Assembly: GCF_963921235.1 (NCBI RefSeq)
Contig: NC_086108.1
Location: 38,628,001 to 38,692,000, forward strand
Direction of reading: 5' to 3'
Origin: Mobula hypostoma
Lineage: Eukaryota
Length of the DNA stretch: 64,000 nucleotides
Part shown: piece after piece, positions 54,801 through 64,000 of the stretch
Numbering within the stretch: the stretch's first letter is position 1
Layout of the letters: each line of letters opens with the position of its first letter
Notes under the pieces: generated by a model
Database searches by the model: none
Seen by the model: the letters and a program-made list of their open reading frames with translations, nothing else
What the model was told of the DNA's origin: nothing
Translations under genes and position numbers: made by a program

Positions 54801-57800
54801 TTCTTGAAAATTCAAATTATTATGATTTTTCTCAGTTGGAACTCTTTAAAATAGCCATTTGCTAATATTTGAGTTCTAAGATAATTAACTGCATTGCTCG
54901 TCTATTTGAACATAGGCTAGCTCTTTACTGTAGTTTCAAAGATAATGTTAAAACTTACTACTTTTGTAACAAATAAGATCTCCTCTTTAAAAATGCTAGG
55001 ATTACTATCAAATTTATAGACCTGCAAACTTCAAAGCAAACAAAATTTGTTAACTATCACAAATGAATATCCTGAAATGTTTAAAGATATTAATAATAAA
55101 AATATTATTCTGTTCTTATTGCAGCTTTCTGGTAGCTCAAAACATTGAATTTATATCAATTGTATCTGGAAAAAAAATTCATAAACCTTAAATTACATTA
55201 ACCATATGCAAGACTTAGAAAGTTGCATCAAGAAACCAGGTTCATAAAAGATCAACATAAACCTATAATGAAATCAATCATGTGCGTGTGTGTTCATTCG
55301 TTCACCATACACCCCCCCCCACCCCATGGATCAGATAGGGATGTGCACATCCTGAAAATAAATAAAATTTGAGCCAAGGAATAGGAATGAACTGGAAAAT
55401 TTCCTTATACATACTATTGCATTGCCTGAAGAAGCTGTCAAAGTTCAACATCAGCAGTACCAGTCAGATAAAGAAGGCAACCAAAAGTAACTCATTTTAA
55501 AAGAGAAAAAAAACAGAATTAGATCAAATGTAACAACTTTACCTACTTTTACACCATAATATGCACATACAGCATTTATCCAGTTCATCAACAGAGTGAT
55601 CTGCGGACTGTATTTTTCTGGCAAGCATTTGAGGTCTTTATCTTTCACTGGGTGGGGTGGCACAGAAAGAGAACGCAGAGCTGCAAGTTTGTGTGATGTG
55701 TGTAAATTTTTTTTCAGAAATTCAATTTCTTCTCGCAACTGATCTTCATTTAGCAAAATCTCCACCTGAGTAGAGAAAAAGAATTAGTTAAAACCAGCAA
55801 ATGTTAGTACTCTATGAACAGCAATTAAACTGGTTAACATTTTTACTTCTCAGTCTAATCAAGTTGCTTCGACTAGTGTGGTATTAGAAGGTCAAATACA
55901 TAGGATCAGGGTTTCACAAACAAGAGAAAATCTGCAAATGCTGGAAATCCTGGCAACACACACAAGATGCTGAAGGATCTCAGCAGGCCAGGCAGCAAAC
56001 AAAAGTAAATAATCAACATTTCAGACCGAGCCCCTTCATCAGTCCTGATATGCCAAGAGTTTACTCTTTTCCATACATGCTGCCTGGCCTGCTGAGTTCT
56101 TCCAGTATTTTGTGTAGAATATGGGCTCTGGGCTTTTATAATATTATTAGTTATATTTGCATGCTCAGTTCACTTCATTGTACATATACTTTCCTGTACA
56201 AAGTTGCAGGACTAGTTACTACATTTACTTTTGAAAGAAAAATTAAATAACAATAGAAATTAAAAGATCATGTTTGACTTCCCAATACTAATTTCAATAT
56301 TTAATTTCAGAACAAATCACAATTACAAATTAACAATTACAAAAATAGTACAACTCAAAGCCTTAAATGTTTTTGAAGTTCAATTAGATTTTCATAGTCA
56401 AAAGTGTACCTGAAAGGCAAAGATGATTCTCCACAGTAGTGCCAAAGTTTTTTCCCGATGTCCATCCACAATATCTCGAGGATCTATATCAATGCCTGGT
56501 GGAGAGAAAAAAAAACATTGTATTCAAAGACCATTTAAAAATTAGGAGTAAAGCCAATTATTTTGGCTAAAGTTAAGAAAATTCAATTTTACCTCGCTCA
56601 TCTTTCAAATCAACTCGAGTTTTAAGGGCTTTCAGTGCAACATCCACATTATGCAATTTTTGAAGACGGCTGATTGCTGGGACCCTCAGCTGTTTTGAAA
56701 GTTCCCAGTCTTGGGTAAGAAGTTCAACTGCTCGCCTGTAAAAGGTCACACAACCAAAAGCTTATGGATTTTAAAAGTGCACTTCCATTGGAAATACAGA
56801 ATTAAAAAAAAACTTCATCTCGCCCCAAGATGGTAAAAATCATGGACTGCTGCAGTGATAGTTTTCTAGTTCAATAGGTTGGACAATGAGGTACAAGCTA
56901 TTGATGTCACATCTTCAAATAGGGCTAATTGATATTGTATTTAATATATTTAGGGAAGAATAATCTTAGTAGTGGATATTTTTATGCAAGGATTGAAATT
57001 GATTTAATTCACTCTAAAATTAGAGTTTTGCATCCAAATGAAATCGAATAATGGTAGGCATGAGTTGACCATGGTAGATTGGGGAAACTACACAAGATGT
57101 GAATGGCAGCAAATGCAGCAATGGACAACAACTACAGAATTGATAAACAACATGACAAGTACAAATATGGTTGGGTTTTTGTGTCTTAAAAAGGATGTGG
57201 TCAAAACATGATTAATAAAAGCTAAATATTTTATTAGATCAATGGAAAAGGTACAAATCGTTGTCAAAGAAAACAAGTCTGAGGAGTAGATCAGTTTTCA
57301 ATTCATACGGAAGGACCAATAAAGGTACATAGAATACTTAAGTAATCCAAGGAGCAAAGACTAGAAAAGCATTTAAACTGGAAACATTAGTAAACTTGTT
57401 ATTGACCCCTTATGGACGTATAAGATAAACTATATTTTGAAATAAAATTAGATTATTTTGCCATCGTCTCAACAGAAAGTTGCATACAACCACCCAGAAA
57501 ATGTGAACAAGAATGATTAATGGGCAGACAGCCAATGAAGTTCAAGATCCCTGATCTTCATCCCAACCTTGAAAATAGTTGTGAGGGACTTAAAAGATTC
57601 TCATCTCCCAGAATGCCATGAATTCTGGAATGATTCCCATAGAATATGTAACTTCCTTATCTGAGTAATCACCAGCCAAGGAATTAACTGGATTGTCTCC
57701 AGAGAAAGGGTTGTTATTTTGATTCACTAGAAAATATCAATAGAAGACACTGCCTTGTCAGTTATTTTCATTCCAGAACGACTGAGATGTCCTTTTTTTT

Positions 57801-60800
57801 CCAAAGAAAGGGAATTCCATTCCTCCACTATCAAATCTGCCCTGACCCGCATCTCTTCCATTTTGCACACGTCTGCCTCACTCCACACCAGGGATAGGGT
57901 TCCTCATGTCCTCACCTACCTCCTCACTAGCCTCCACGTCCAGGATATAATTCTCCATAACTTCCACCATCTCCAACGGAATCCCACTACCAAGCACATC
58001 TTTCCCTCTGCACACCCCACACCCCTACTTTCTGCTTTCCGCAGGGTTCGCTCCCTAAGCGACTTCCTTGTCCACTCCTCCCTCCCCACTGATCCTGTTT
58101 CGTTCCTGGCACTTATCCTTGCAAATGGAATAAGTGCCACCTGCCCAGACACCTCCACCCTCACTACCATTCAAGGCCCCAAGCAGTCCTGCCAGGTGAG
58201 GCAACACTTCACCTGCGAATCTTCTGGGGTCATCTGCTGTACCCAGTGCTCCCAATGTGGCCTTCTATATAATCAGTGAGACCCAACGTAGATTGGGAGA
58301 CTGCTTCACCCAGCACCTACACATCATCGGCCAGAAAAATCACCATCTCCCTGTAGCCACCCATTTCAATTCTACTTCCCATTCCAACATGTCAGTCCAT
58401 GGCCTCCTCTACTGCTGCAATGAGGCCACACTCAGGATGGAGGAGCAACACCTTATTGTCTGTATAGGTAGCTTCCAACCTGATGGCATGAACATCAATT
58501 TTTTGAACTTCTGGTAACTGCTAACCCCTTTCACCATTTTCCATTTCTGTTTCCCCCTCTCACCATCTTATTTGCTCATCCTTCCCTTTCTTCCATGGTC
58601 TTCTATCCTCCTATCTGATTCCCTCTTCCCAAGCCCTTTATCTCTTTCACCAATCAACTTGCTAGCTCTTTACATCATCTACTCTCCCTCTCCTGGTTTC
58701 ACCTATCACCTACTACTTTGTACTTCTTCCTCCCCTCCCCGCCACTTTCTTGCTCTGACTTCTCTTTCTTTCCGGTCCTGATGAAGGATCTTGGCCTGAA
58801 ATGTCGACAGTTTACTGTTTCCCGTTGGTGCTGCCTGGCCTGCTGAGTTCCTCTCACATTTTTTGTGTGTTCCTGCCTTGTCAGTTTTCAAAGCCATTCT
58901 CAAGTGGCCTTCCACTGTGAATGAACAACTGCAATATTTACAGGTAATGGATCTCTTTGATTACTGTTGGAAAGTTGCAGTTTTCTGTGAAGCCTGCAAA
59001 GTGAATTTCTGTTACCTAAACTGCTGTAACACAGATTATTTGTATTTGAACCATTGATAAGGTGACAGACAAAGAGACTTTTAAATGACATTCCCAGGAA
59101 ATACAAGATTGTGGGCATCATATTAGTGTGGATAAGTGATTATTAAATGTACAAAAAGCAGTTGAAATAAACACGTCATTTTCAGATTGAGAGGTTGTAA
59201 CTCATGGGGTGCTATAGGGGTCAATGCTGAGGCCCCAGTTATCAAAATCTATATAAAAGAGTTGAATGCCAAGGCATGACGTATACAAGATAATAAATTA
59301 GGTAATGATATGAATTCAAGAAATAATGCACAAAGCCTTCAAGGCGGTGTAAACAAGCTTAAAGACATGGCAGAAAGCACATTAATGCATAAAAATGTAA
59401 AGTCATCTGTTTTGACGAAAAACAAAAAAAATTTTTTTAATGACAAGAGACTGAAATGTTTTAGTGTTCATTATCAGATTTATTATCACTGCCTTAAGAT
59501 GTAATATTTGTTGTTTTTCAGAGCACAAAAATACACAAATCACTGAATATCAATGTGAAGGTTCAGTCACTAATTGGTATGGCAAATGGTATATAACCTT
59601 AATGGCAAGGGAATTGAGTAAAGGCATTGTACTACCATCACCCAGTGCCCTAGTAATAGCACAGCTGGAGTTTTGTCTACACGCCAGGACTCTGTACTAA
59701 GTATTAACTAGCACCCAAAGTTCACTAGATTTTGGGGGTGTGGGTCGAAATTATACATGAGGGAAGATTAAGCAGACTGAACCCATACAGGCTCTAGTTT
59801 AGGAGAATGAGAGTGATTTTTGAAAAAGTACAAAATTCTCATGGGAATTCACAGGGTAGATTCGAGGATAATGACTCCTGACAAAAATGCTCCAGAGGCC
59901 ATCTCAGTATATGGGAACAGTCTGTTAGGACTGAGATAAGGTATAACAATGCCCAGATGGAAAATTCAATCATTACTTCTCTACTCAAGAAGGCTGTGTA
60001 ACTCAGTCAGCAAATATGTTCAAGATGGTGCCCTGTTGATTTTTGGCTATTATGGGCTATGAGGTTAGTACAGGAAAGGGACATAGAGGTAAGAGATTAT
60101 CCAATGGAATAATAGACAGGAAATGATAAATGCCCCAACCCTATTGTCATCTAATATCCATAAAGATCTACCAGTAAAGCAATATATTAAAACAGTTCTT
60201 TGGTTCAAGGTTACAATAAAAATCATTATTGCGTTGTTAACTTGTAAAAATTACTTTTAATTTAAAATAATTATGCAATTGTAATTCAGTTGTTTGGATT
60301 ACTTCTTTTTGACAAACTAGCAGTGGCCCGACTTCCAAATCCAGCATCGTTCTCATGCCCTTATGACTTGGACTCAGTAGCCATCTACTAATACACAATA
60401 GAACTGCACAAATCTAACTGTCATTGTTGGATACAACAGACAACCAACCAATCAGTTTGGATTATACAGCTCATTTAAAAGTTAATTGTAAAAGTATTAT
60501 TGCTCCACTGGATGATTAAAATATACTGTACTTACACCAAGCGAATACCACATCGAAGATCTACAGCAAGGTTGGTGACCGCAAAATTAAATTCATGAAG
60601 TGGCATCTGACAATGACTGACCGTCAACCCCAGGAAACCAAGATGACGGCAAATGTCTCCTTCACCACTAAGAAAGTCTCTTGAGAAGGCAAATAAAAGG
60701 TCTTTGCTTGCCTAAGCAAAAAAAAGACAAGTTAAAGGAGCTTGGTAGTAAACAAAGTTACAATCTAATGCACCCTTATCCTTTACCCAGGGCACGCATA

Positions 60801-62486
60801 ATTGTAGGCCAAATGCAATTTCACAGCTGCCCTACAAAAAGTTTTCTAATATAATGAAAACACGAGGAAATCTGCAGATGCTGAAATTTCAAGCAACACA
60901 CATAAAAGTTGCTGGTGAACACAGCAGGGCAGCATCTCTAGGAAGAGGTACAGTCGACGTTTCAGGCCAAGACCCTTCGTCAGGACTAACTGAAGGAAGA
61001 GTTAGTAAGAGATTTGAAAGTTGGAGGGGGAGGGGGAGATCCAAAATGAAGACAGGAGGGGGAGGGATGGAGCCAAGAGCTGGACAGGTGATTGGCAAAA
61101 GGGATATGAGAGGATCATGGGACGGGAGGCCTTAGGAGAAAGAAGGGGGGGGGGGGAGTCCAGAGGATGGGCAAGGGGTATAGTGAGAGGGACAGAGGGA
61201 GAAAAAGGAGAGAGAAAATAAGAATGTGTGTATATGAATAAATAAATAATGGATGGGGTTCCGCTAATAACTTCCGCTAATGCCCCACCTCCCCCTCATA
61301 CTCCATCCGTTATTTATTTATTTATATACACACATTATTTTTTTCTCTCTCCTTTTTCCCCCTCTGTCCCTCTCACTATACCCGTTGCCCATCCTCTGGG
61401 CTTCCCCCCTCCCCTTTTCTTTCTCCCTCGGTCTCCTGTCCCATGATTCTCTCATATCTCTTTTGTCAATCAACTGTTCAGCTCTTGGCTCCATCCCTCC
61501 CCCTCCTGTCTTCTCCTATCATTTCGGATCTCCCCCTCCCCCCAACTTTCAAATCTCTTACTAACTCTTCCTTCAGTTAGTCCTGACGAAGGGTCTCGGC
61601 CGAAACGTCGACTGTACCTCTTCCTAGAGATGCTGCCTGGCCTGCTGTGTTCACCAGCAACTTTTATGTGTGTTGCCTAATACAATGGAGTTCATTTTTA
61701 ATTCAGAGGTACTGCCTATTTTTCTATTTTAACAAAAATCAATAAAATTGTAGAAACCAAATTAGACACGTTTACCAAATGAGTTTGTCTTTAACAGATA
61801 CCACAGGTATACATAAATTCCCAGTGCACAAAGCCAAAGGAGGCTGTATTTTAATTTATTTGTTCCATGTTTGGTGTGCACACACGCTCAAGGCCCTCGT
61901 GCACAAAACCAATTTTTACAGCATTCAAGTAAATCTTAAATCTCATATTTATTTCAAATCATTTTGGTTTGAACATCAGTCTAAATGGAGAATATAATAT
62001 TATGCATAATCAGAAAGTAGATTTTAATAAATTGAGAATGACATTTCTAAAAATTGCAACTTCACATATAAAATGTTATGATCACAAGTTAATGTAATGA
62101 ATGTTTTCATCTTAGTACTAGATTTGAAGACCAAACAGGTTAATTGAAAACATTCTATCCCAATGACCTGCTTAAAAATTTAATAAAACAATGGAAGAGT
62201 GAAATGGTATCACACAGAAACATGGGCGTAGCCATGTTCTAGACTAATTCTTCATCATTATAAAAGATAATTAATCTTCAACTACATGTATTGCTTTAAT
62301 ACTTGTTATTAAGAAAGCATATCTATGACAGAAGACATACCTGCCAGCATCTTACCTTAAATTCAGCATCTTTGCAGAAAAGACATGGATCATGATCTAT
62401 CATTCTGAATTGTTTGGCACAATCAAGAAACCAAACCAGAAGTAGGAATTTCTTCAGTGTGAATTGTGCCAAAACTTCCTGGTGTT
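18720..62486 (-). CDS. ASPM: ASPM (abnormal spindle-like microcephaly-associated protein), spliced CDS, 5'-partial; 21 coding exons in window
   Basis: CH-domain region ([67 protein letters not shown]), dozens of IQ motifs and the conserved C-terminus [33 protein letters not shown]. Exons join in one frame at GT-AG sites. Confidence 0.98.
18947..19119 (-). CDS. ASPM: ASPM penultimate exon (approx. exon 27), 173 bp
   Basis: cc[29 protein letters not shown]...[18 protein letters not shown]. Confidence 0.95.
19384..23060 (+). mobile_element. Young CR1 ORF2 (EN+RT), antisense in ASPM intron, with internal 346-bp duplication and a second 3' end
   Basis: 841-aa ORF; near-identical to the 5250-7560 copy; TGG>TGA at about 19504; (TTTCTATG)n tails at about 22600 and 23041. 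Confidence 0.95.
23200..23415 (-). mobile_element. CR1 3' end fragment
   Basis: Reverse complement of CR1 3' UTR (GGAGTAGGCCATTCGG..GATCATGGCTGATCATCC). Confidence 0.7.
24485..24661 (-). CDS. ASPM: ASPM exon (approx. exon 26), 177 bp
   Basis: tc[34 protein letters not shown]...[27 protein letters not shown]. Confidence 0.95.
25831..25943. mobile_element. Short inverted Penelope pLTR cassette
   Basis: Same two oppositely oriented ends as 3491-3676; flanked by GCCACATAAA / GCCATATAAA. Confidence 0.6.
26083..26237 (-). CDS. ASPM: ASPM exon (approx. exon 25), 155 bp
   Basis: tt[59 protein letters not shown]. Confidence 0.95.
26566..27258. mobile_element. Degenerate non-autonomous pogo/Tigger-like DNA transposon
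   Basis: Imperfect TIRs TAGTGGATTGCGATTAACTGGG / CCCAATTAACTGGAATGCACTA; TA on the left. Confidence 0.5.
28311..28503 (-). CDS. ASPM: ASPM exon (approx. exon 24), 193 bp
   Basis: ac[13 protein letters not shown]...[34 protein letters not shown]. Confidence 0.95.
28764..28955 (-). CDS. ASPM: ASPM exon (approx. exon 23), 192 bp
   Basis: at[15 protein letters not shown]...[12 protein letters not shown]...GIIKIQ|GTTGG. Confidence 0.94.
29050..29315 (-). mobile_element. V-SINE/HE1-like SINE with CR1-type tail
   Basis: Reverse complement of V-domain (GAAACTAGAGCACC..CAAACTCCATACAG..GGATTGAGCC). Confidence 0.55.
30514..30663 (-). CDS. ASPM: ASPM exon (approx. exon 22), 150 bp
   Basis: at[57 protein letters not shown]. 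Confidence 0.94.
31416..31577 (-). CDS. ASPM: ASPM exon (approx. exon 21); donor uncertain
   Basis: gc[40 protein letters not shown]...TRKS; the in-frame donor candidate nearest the TAA at 31401-31403 is a weak TCC|GTAATT. Confidence 0.75.
32284..32443 (-). CDS. ASPM: ASPM exon (approx. exon 20), 160 bp
   Basis: gt[60 protein letters not shown]. Confidence 0.88.
33501..33667 (-). CDS. ASPM: ASPM exon (approx. exon 19), 167 bp
   Basis: tt[63 protein letters not shown]. Confidence 0.92.
34791..34940 (-). CDS. ASPM: ASPM IQ exon, 150 bp (phase 0/0)
   Basis: gc[31 protein letters not shown]...HAAVTIQ|GTATT. Confidence 0.9.
35528..39991 (-). CDS. ASPM: ASPM giant IQ-repeat exon (approx. exon 18), 4464 bp, phase 0/0
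   Basis: atAG|GCC TGC TGG AGA GGA (ACWRGY) lies 21 codons before the 1474-aa ORF; tandem IQxxxRGxxxR motifs; ends SITKIQ|GTAAAA. Confidence 0.97.
36170..37269 (-). repeat. Internal duplication (period 657 bp = 219 codons) within ASPM giant exon
   Basis: 36361-36610 vs 37018-37267 differ at 4 of 250 nt by my count. Confidence 0.92.
42315..42509 (-). CDS. ASPM: ASPM exon (approx. exon 17), 195 bp
   Basis: tt[18 protein letters not shown]...[12 protein letters not shown]...AATLLQ|GTTGG. Confidence 0.93.
44884..45012 (-). CDS. ASPM: ASPM exon (approx. exon 16), 129 bp
   Basis: cc[50 protein letters not shown]. Confidence 0.95.
45135..45280 (-). CDS. ASPM: ASPM exon (approx. exon 15), 146 bp
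   Basis: tt[55 protein letters not shown]. Confidence 0.93.
47217..47621 (-). mobile_element. Rex/Babar-like LINE 3' fragment with (ATCTA)n tail
   Basis: [49 protein letters not shown] on the minus strand. Confidence 0.75.
48125..51777 (+). mobile_element. Degenerate RTE/BovB-like LINE, interrupted by Tigger
   Basis: EN end (KTYPGA..HNPV), [55 protein letters not shown]; (GAT)n tail. Confidence 0.9.
48985..50458 (+). mobile_element. Internally deleted Tigger/pogo DNA transposon, TA TSD
   Basis: TA|CAGGT..ACCTG|TA; N-terminal [18 protein letters not shown] (psq HTH) joined to C-terminal [29 protein letters not shown]. Confidence 0.88.
52015..53018 (+). mobile_element. Degenerate CR1 3' part
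   Basis: [36 protein letters not shown]. Confidence 0.88.
54558..54759 (-). CDS. ASPM: ASPM exon (approx. exon 14), 202 bp
   Basis: tc[26 protein letters not shown]...DAIPTN|GTAAGT. Confidence 0.95.
55547..55765 (-). CDS. ASPM: ASPM exon (approx. exon 13), 219 bp
   Basis: tc[19 protein letters not shown]...[22 protein letters not shown]; this phase-0 donor keeps the frame, the nearby GTAAAG donor would not. Confidence 0.92.
55914..56116. mobile_element. Short inverted Penelope pLTR cassette
   Basis: Same oppositely oriented pLTR ends, decayed hammerhead at the centre. Confidence 0.65.
56410..56495 (-). CDS. ASPM: ASPM exon (approx. exon 12), 86 bp
   Basis: cc[36 protein letters not shown]. 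Confidence 0.95.
56593..56735 (-). CDS. ASPM: ASPM exon (approx. exon 11), 143 bp
   Basis: ac[54 protein letters not shown]. Confidence 0.95.
56880..57750 (+). mobile_element. Highly degenerate CR1 ORF2 fragment
   Basis: Residual similarity (GAGTTGACCATGGTAGATTGGG; CCTGATCTTCATCCCA) to CR1 linker region. Confidence 0.45.
57775..58870 (+). mobile_element. Degenerate Penelope-like element (GIY-YIG) with pLTR
   Basis: Frameshifted homolog of ORF 49-792 ([28 protein letters not shown]). Confidence 0.9.
58775..58808 (+). ncRNA. Minimal hammerhead ribozyme (Penelope)
   Basis: GTC CTGATGA AGGatcttggCCT GAAA TG TC GAC. Confidence 0.6.
59080..60150 (+). mobile_element. Highly degenerate CR1 RT/3' region
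   Basis: GGGGTGCTATAGGGGTCAATGCTGAGGCCCC ([14 protein letters not shown]) and downstream collinear remnants. Confidence 0.55.
60536..60711 (-). CDS. ASPM: ASPM exon (approx. exon 10), 176 bp
   Basis: tt[66 protein letters not shown]; not in ORF track. Confidence 0.95.
60952..60987 (-). ncRNA. Minimal hammerhead ribozyme, sense to ASPM pre-mRNA
   Basis: Minus strand AGTC CTGACGA AGGgtcttggCCT GAAA CGTC GACT. Confidence 0.75.
61579..61613 (+). ncRNA. Minimal hammerhead ribozyme
   Basis: AGTC CTGACGA agggtctcggcc GAAA CGTC GACT. Confidence 0.7.
62356..62486 (-). CDS. ASPM: ASPM exon (approx. human exon 9), 131 bp
   Basis: ctAG|AA CAC CAG GAA ([43 protein letters not shown]) AAG|GTAAG. Confidence 0.95.
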
Positions 62487-62661
62487 CTAGAAAAGTCAAA
62501 TCACAGAAGCTAGAGTATTTAAATTTATTTTCCAATTCACATTAGTAACAGATTCAAAATTTGGATGTCAAAAGTCATCATTAAAACTATTTTCTTCATT
62601 AGTTTGAAGAAGTGACGGGCTTGAAATGCATTACTGATTACAAGCTTCATATTTTAGTTGT

Positions 62662-63325
62662 AAAATACACCTTCTGGTGCTACTTGGACACGTCATCAGC
62701 GATGAACCCAGGGTCATAGGGTGTTTCGGTCTTTAATGATCAGACAACCTCGACTGGCTGACCCAGCCGGGAGTGATCAGCCCCCGACTTGTGTCCAAGT
62801 GGCGCACTAATCCACGGATCCCCCCTCCGGATCCACAGCCACCGCAAAGCCTTTGCAGCGGCCTCAAGAATGTTCTCGGTGGTTCTTCTGCACTGCAGTC
62901 CTTTAACTTCAAGGAGTTTTAGAGTCCACTGTAATGAATGGCCAGCAAAGCCCCAGCACCCAACTTCGAATGGCTCACAGCGAGCTCAGCAGCCATTGCT
63001 TCAGCATACTGCAACAAGATCTGTGTATCTAGCCCTCTTGCGCTCGTTGGCCTCTTCAATCCGGTCTTCCCAGGGGACAGTAAGTTCCAACAGGATCACT
63101 TGCTTTGTAGACTCCGATATTAACACCATGTACGGGCAGAGCGGAGTGGCTGCGAAGTTCTCTGGGAACTTGAGCTGCCTCCTTAGGTCAACTTGGAGCT
63201 GCCAGTCTCATGCAGCGGCAAGAAGCCCTCCCGAGGAACTAGGCCAATGTTGAGCCTTCTCCCCAGCTCTAATAAAGGTTATGGACTGTTTGGGAGCGTG
63301 CAGATTTTTGCTGTCTTGGATCTTG
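62662..63325 (-). mobile_element. 5'-truncated HERO/NeSL-like non-LTR retrotransposon (restriction-like endonuclease domain + 3' UTR)
   Basis: Minus translation ITFIRAGEK..DWQLQVDLRRQLKFPE..VILLELTVPWEDRIEEANERKRARYTDL..CEPFEVG, with stops. Confidence 0.8.
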
Positions 63326-64000
63326 AACAGTTGGGGCAAAAATTCATCCTTGACTACCAGACGTAAGTGGGTACTAGATTACGGACTGCCCACTATATAA
63401 TAAATACTCCAGTAACCAAAGATGAATTTCTACCTCTTGGTGTTATGTATCAAAACATTCTAGATAACTGCATAAACTGTACACAGAGAAAACACATCCT
63501 CAGCTGATATTATTGCAATTATATAATGCAATTTTAAAAAAAAAACAAACAATCCCTTAGCTGGGATTTATAGCACTCAAACTGGGTCTAGAGGTATTAG
63601 CTTATAAAAGAGCGCCATGAAGTACATGTGACTACAATATCCAACACCAAACTATGTTAGCATAGGGTTCAATCAAATAGAATTTCAACAATAATTTCTT
63701 TTATATATTCCTAAAAGTAATGCATGATACAGATTACTGGCATTTTAAATGTAGTTTTTGGAAATCTGGATGGAACAACATTAAACAAAATTGACCAGCT
63801 TTGTATTCCAAAAATAGTGGTGATGAAAAGGATTTCAAATAAGAAATAAAACTTTTCATGATGTTAAAGAGCTTACAACTTTAAAAAAAATCAGAACATG
63901 GAGGTGTAAGGAAATCATACAATTGCTTCAGGAAGTTCTCCAATAAAGACAAATCACAGATAATATTAGCACAGATAATGGAATTTCACCAAGCTTCTTC

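Larger units (their letters stand above)
60857..61676. mobile_element. Inverted pair of Penelope pLTRs with 11-bp TSD
   Basis: Minus copy about 60857-61258 and plus copy about 61270-61676; CTAATATAATG / CTAATACAATG flanks. Confidence 0.88.

Noticed and set aside
55543..55547. Alternative donor GTAG|GTAAAG for the 219-bp ASPM exon
   Set aside because: It adds 4 nt and frameshifts the next exon.
62789..63253. 154-aa plus-strand ORF
   Set aside because: Antisense to the HERO-like endonuclease remnant.

Overview
Eukaryotic, AT-rich vertebrate genomic DNA. The repeat families (CR1 LINEs with SGNH-esterase ORF1, V-SINE/HE1-like SINEs, GIY-YIG Penelope-like elements) suggest a cartilaginous fish, probably a ray; this is an inference. 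The main gene is the 3' part of ASPM (abnormal spindle-like microcephaly-associated) on the minus strand. I traced 21 coding exons from 62486 to the stop at 18720, with GT-AG boundaries and a continuous frame (7673 nt, provisional at one exon), including a 4464-bp IQ-repeat exon. The 5' end of the gene lies beyond the window. Downstream on the same strand are decayed exons of a sushi/CCP-domain gene (F13B/CFH-like), which the ORF track does not show. The rest is nested transposable elements: CR1, Rex1/Babar, RTE, a HERO-like RLE element, Penelope with minimal hammerhead ribozymes, a mariner MITE, Tigger and V-SINE. I found no convincing wholly new system. The best leads are the CCP pseudogene, a folded 3' RNA in the HERO-like element, TSD-flanked inverted Penelope/hammerhead cassettes, a chimeric CR1 that looks template-jumped, and three oddities in ASPM exon structure. 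Human exon sizes quoted are recalled from memory and should be verified.
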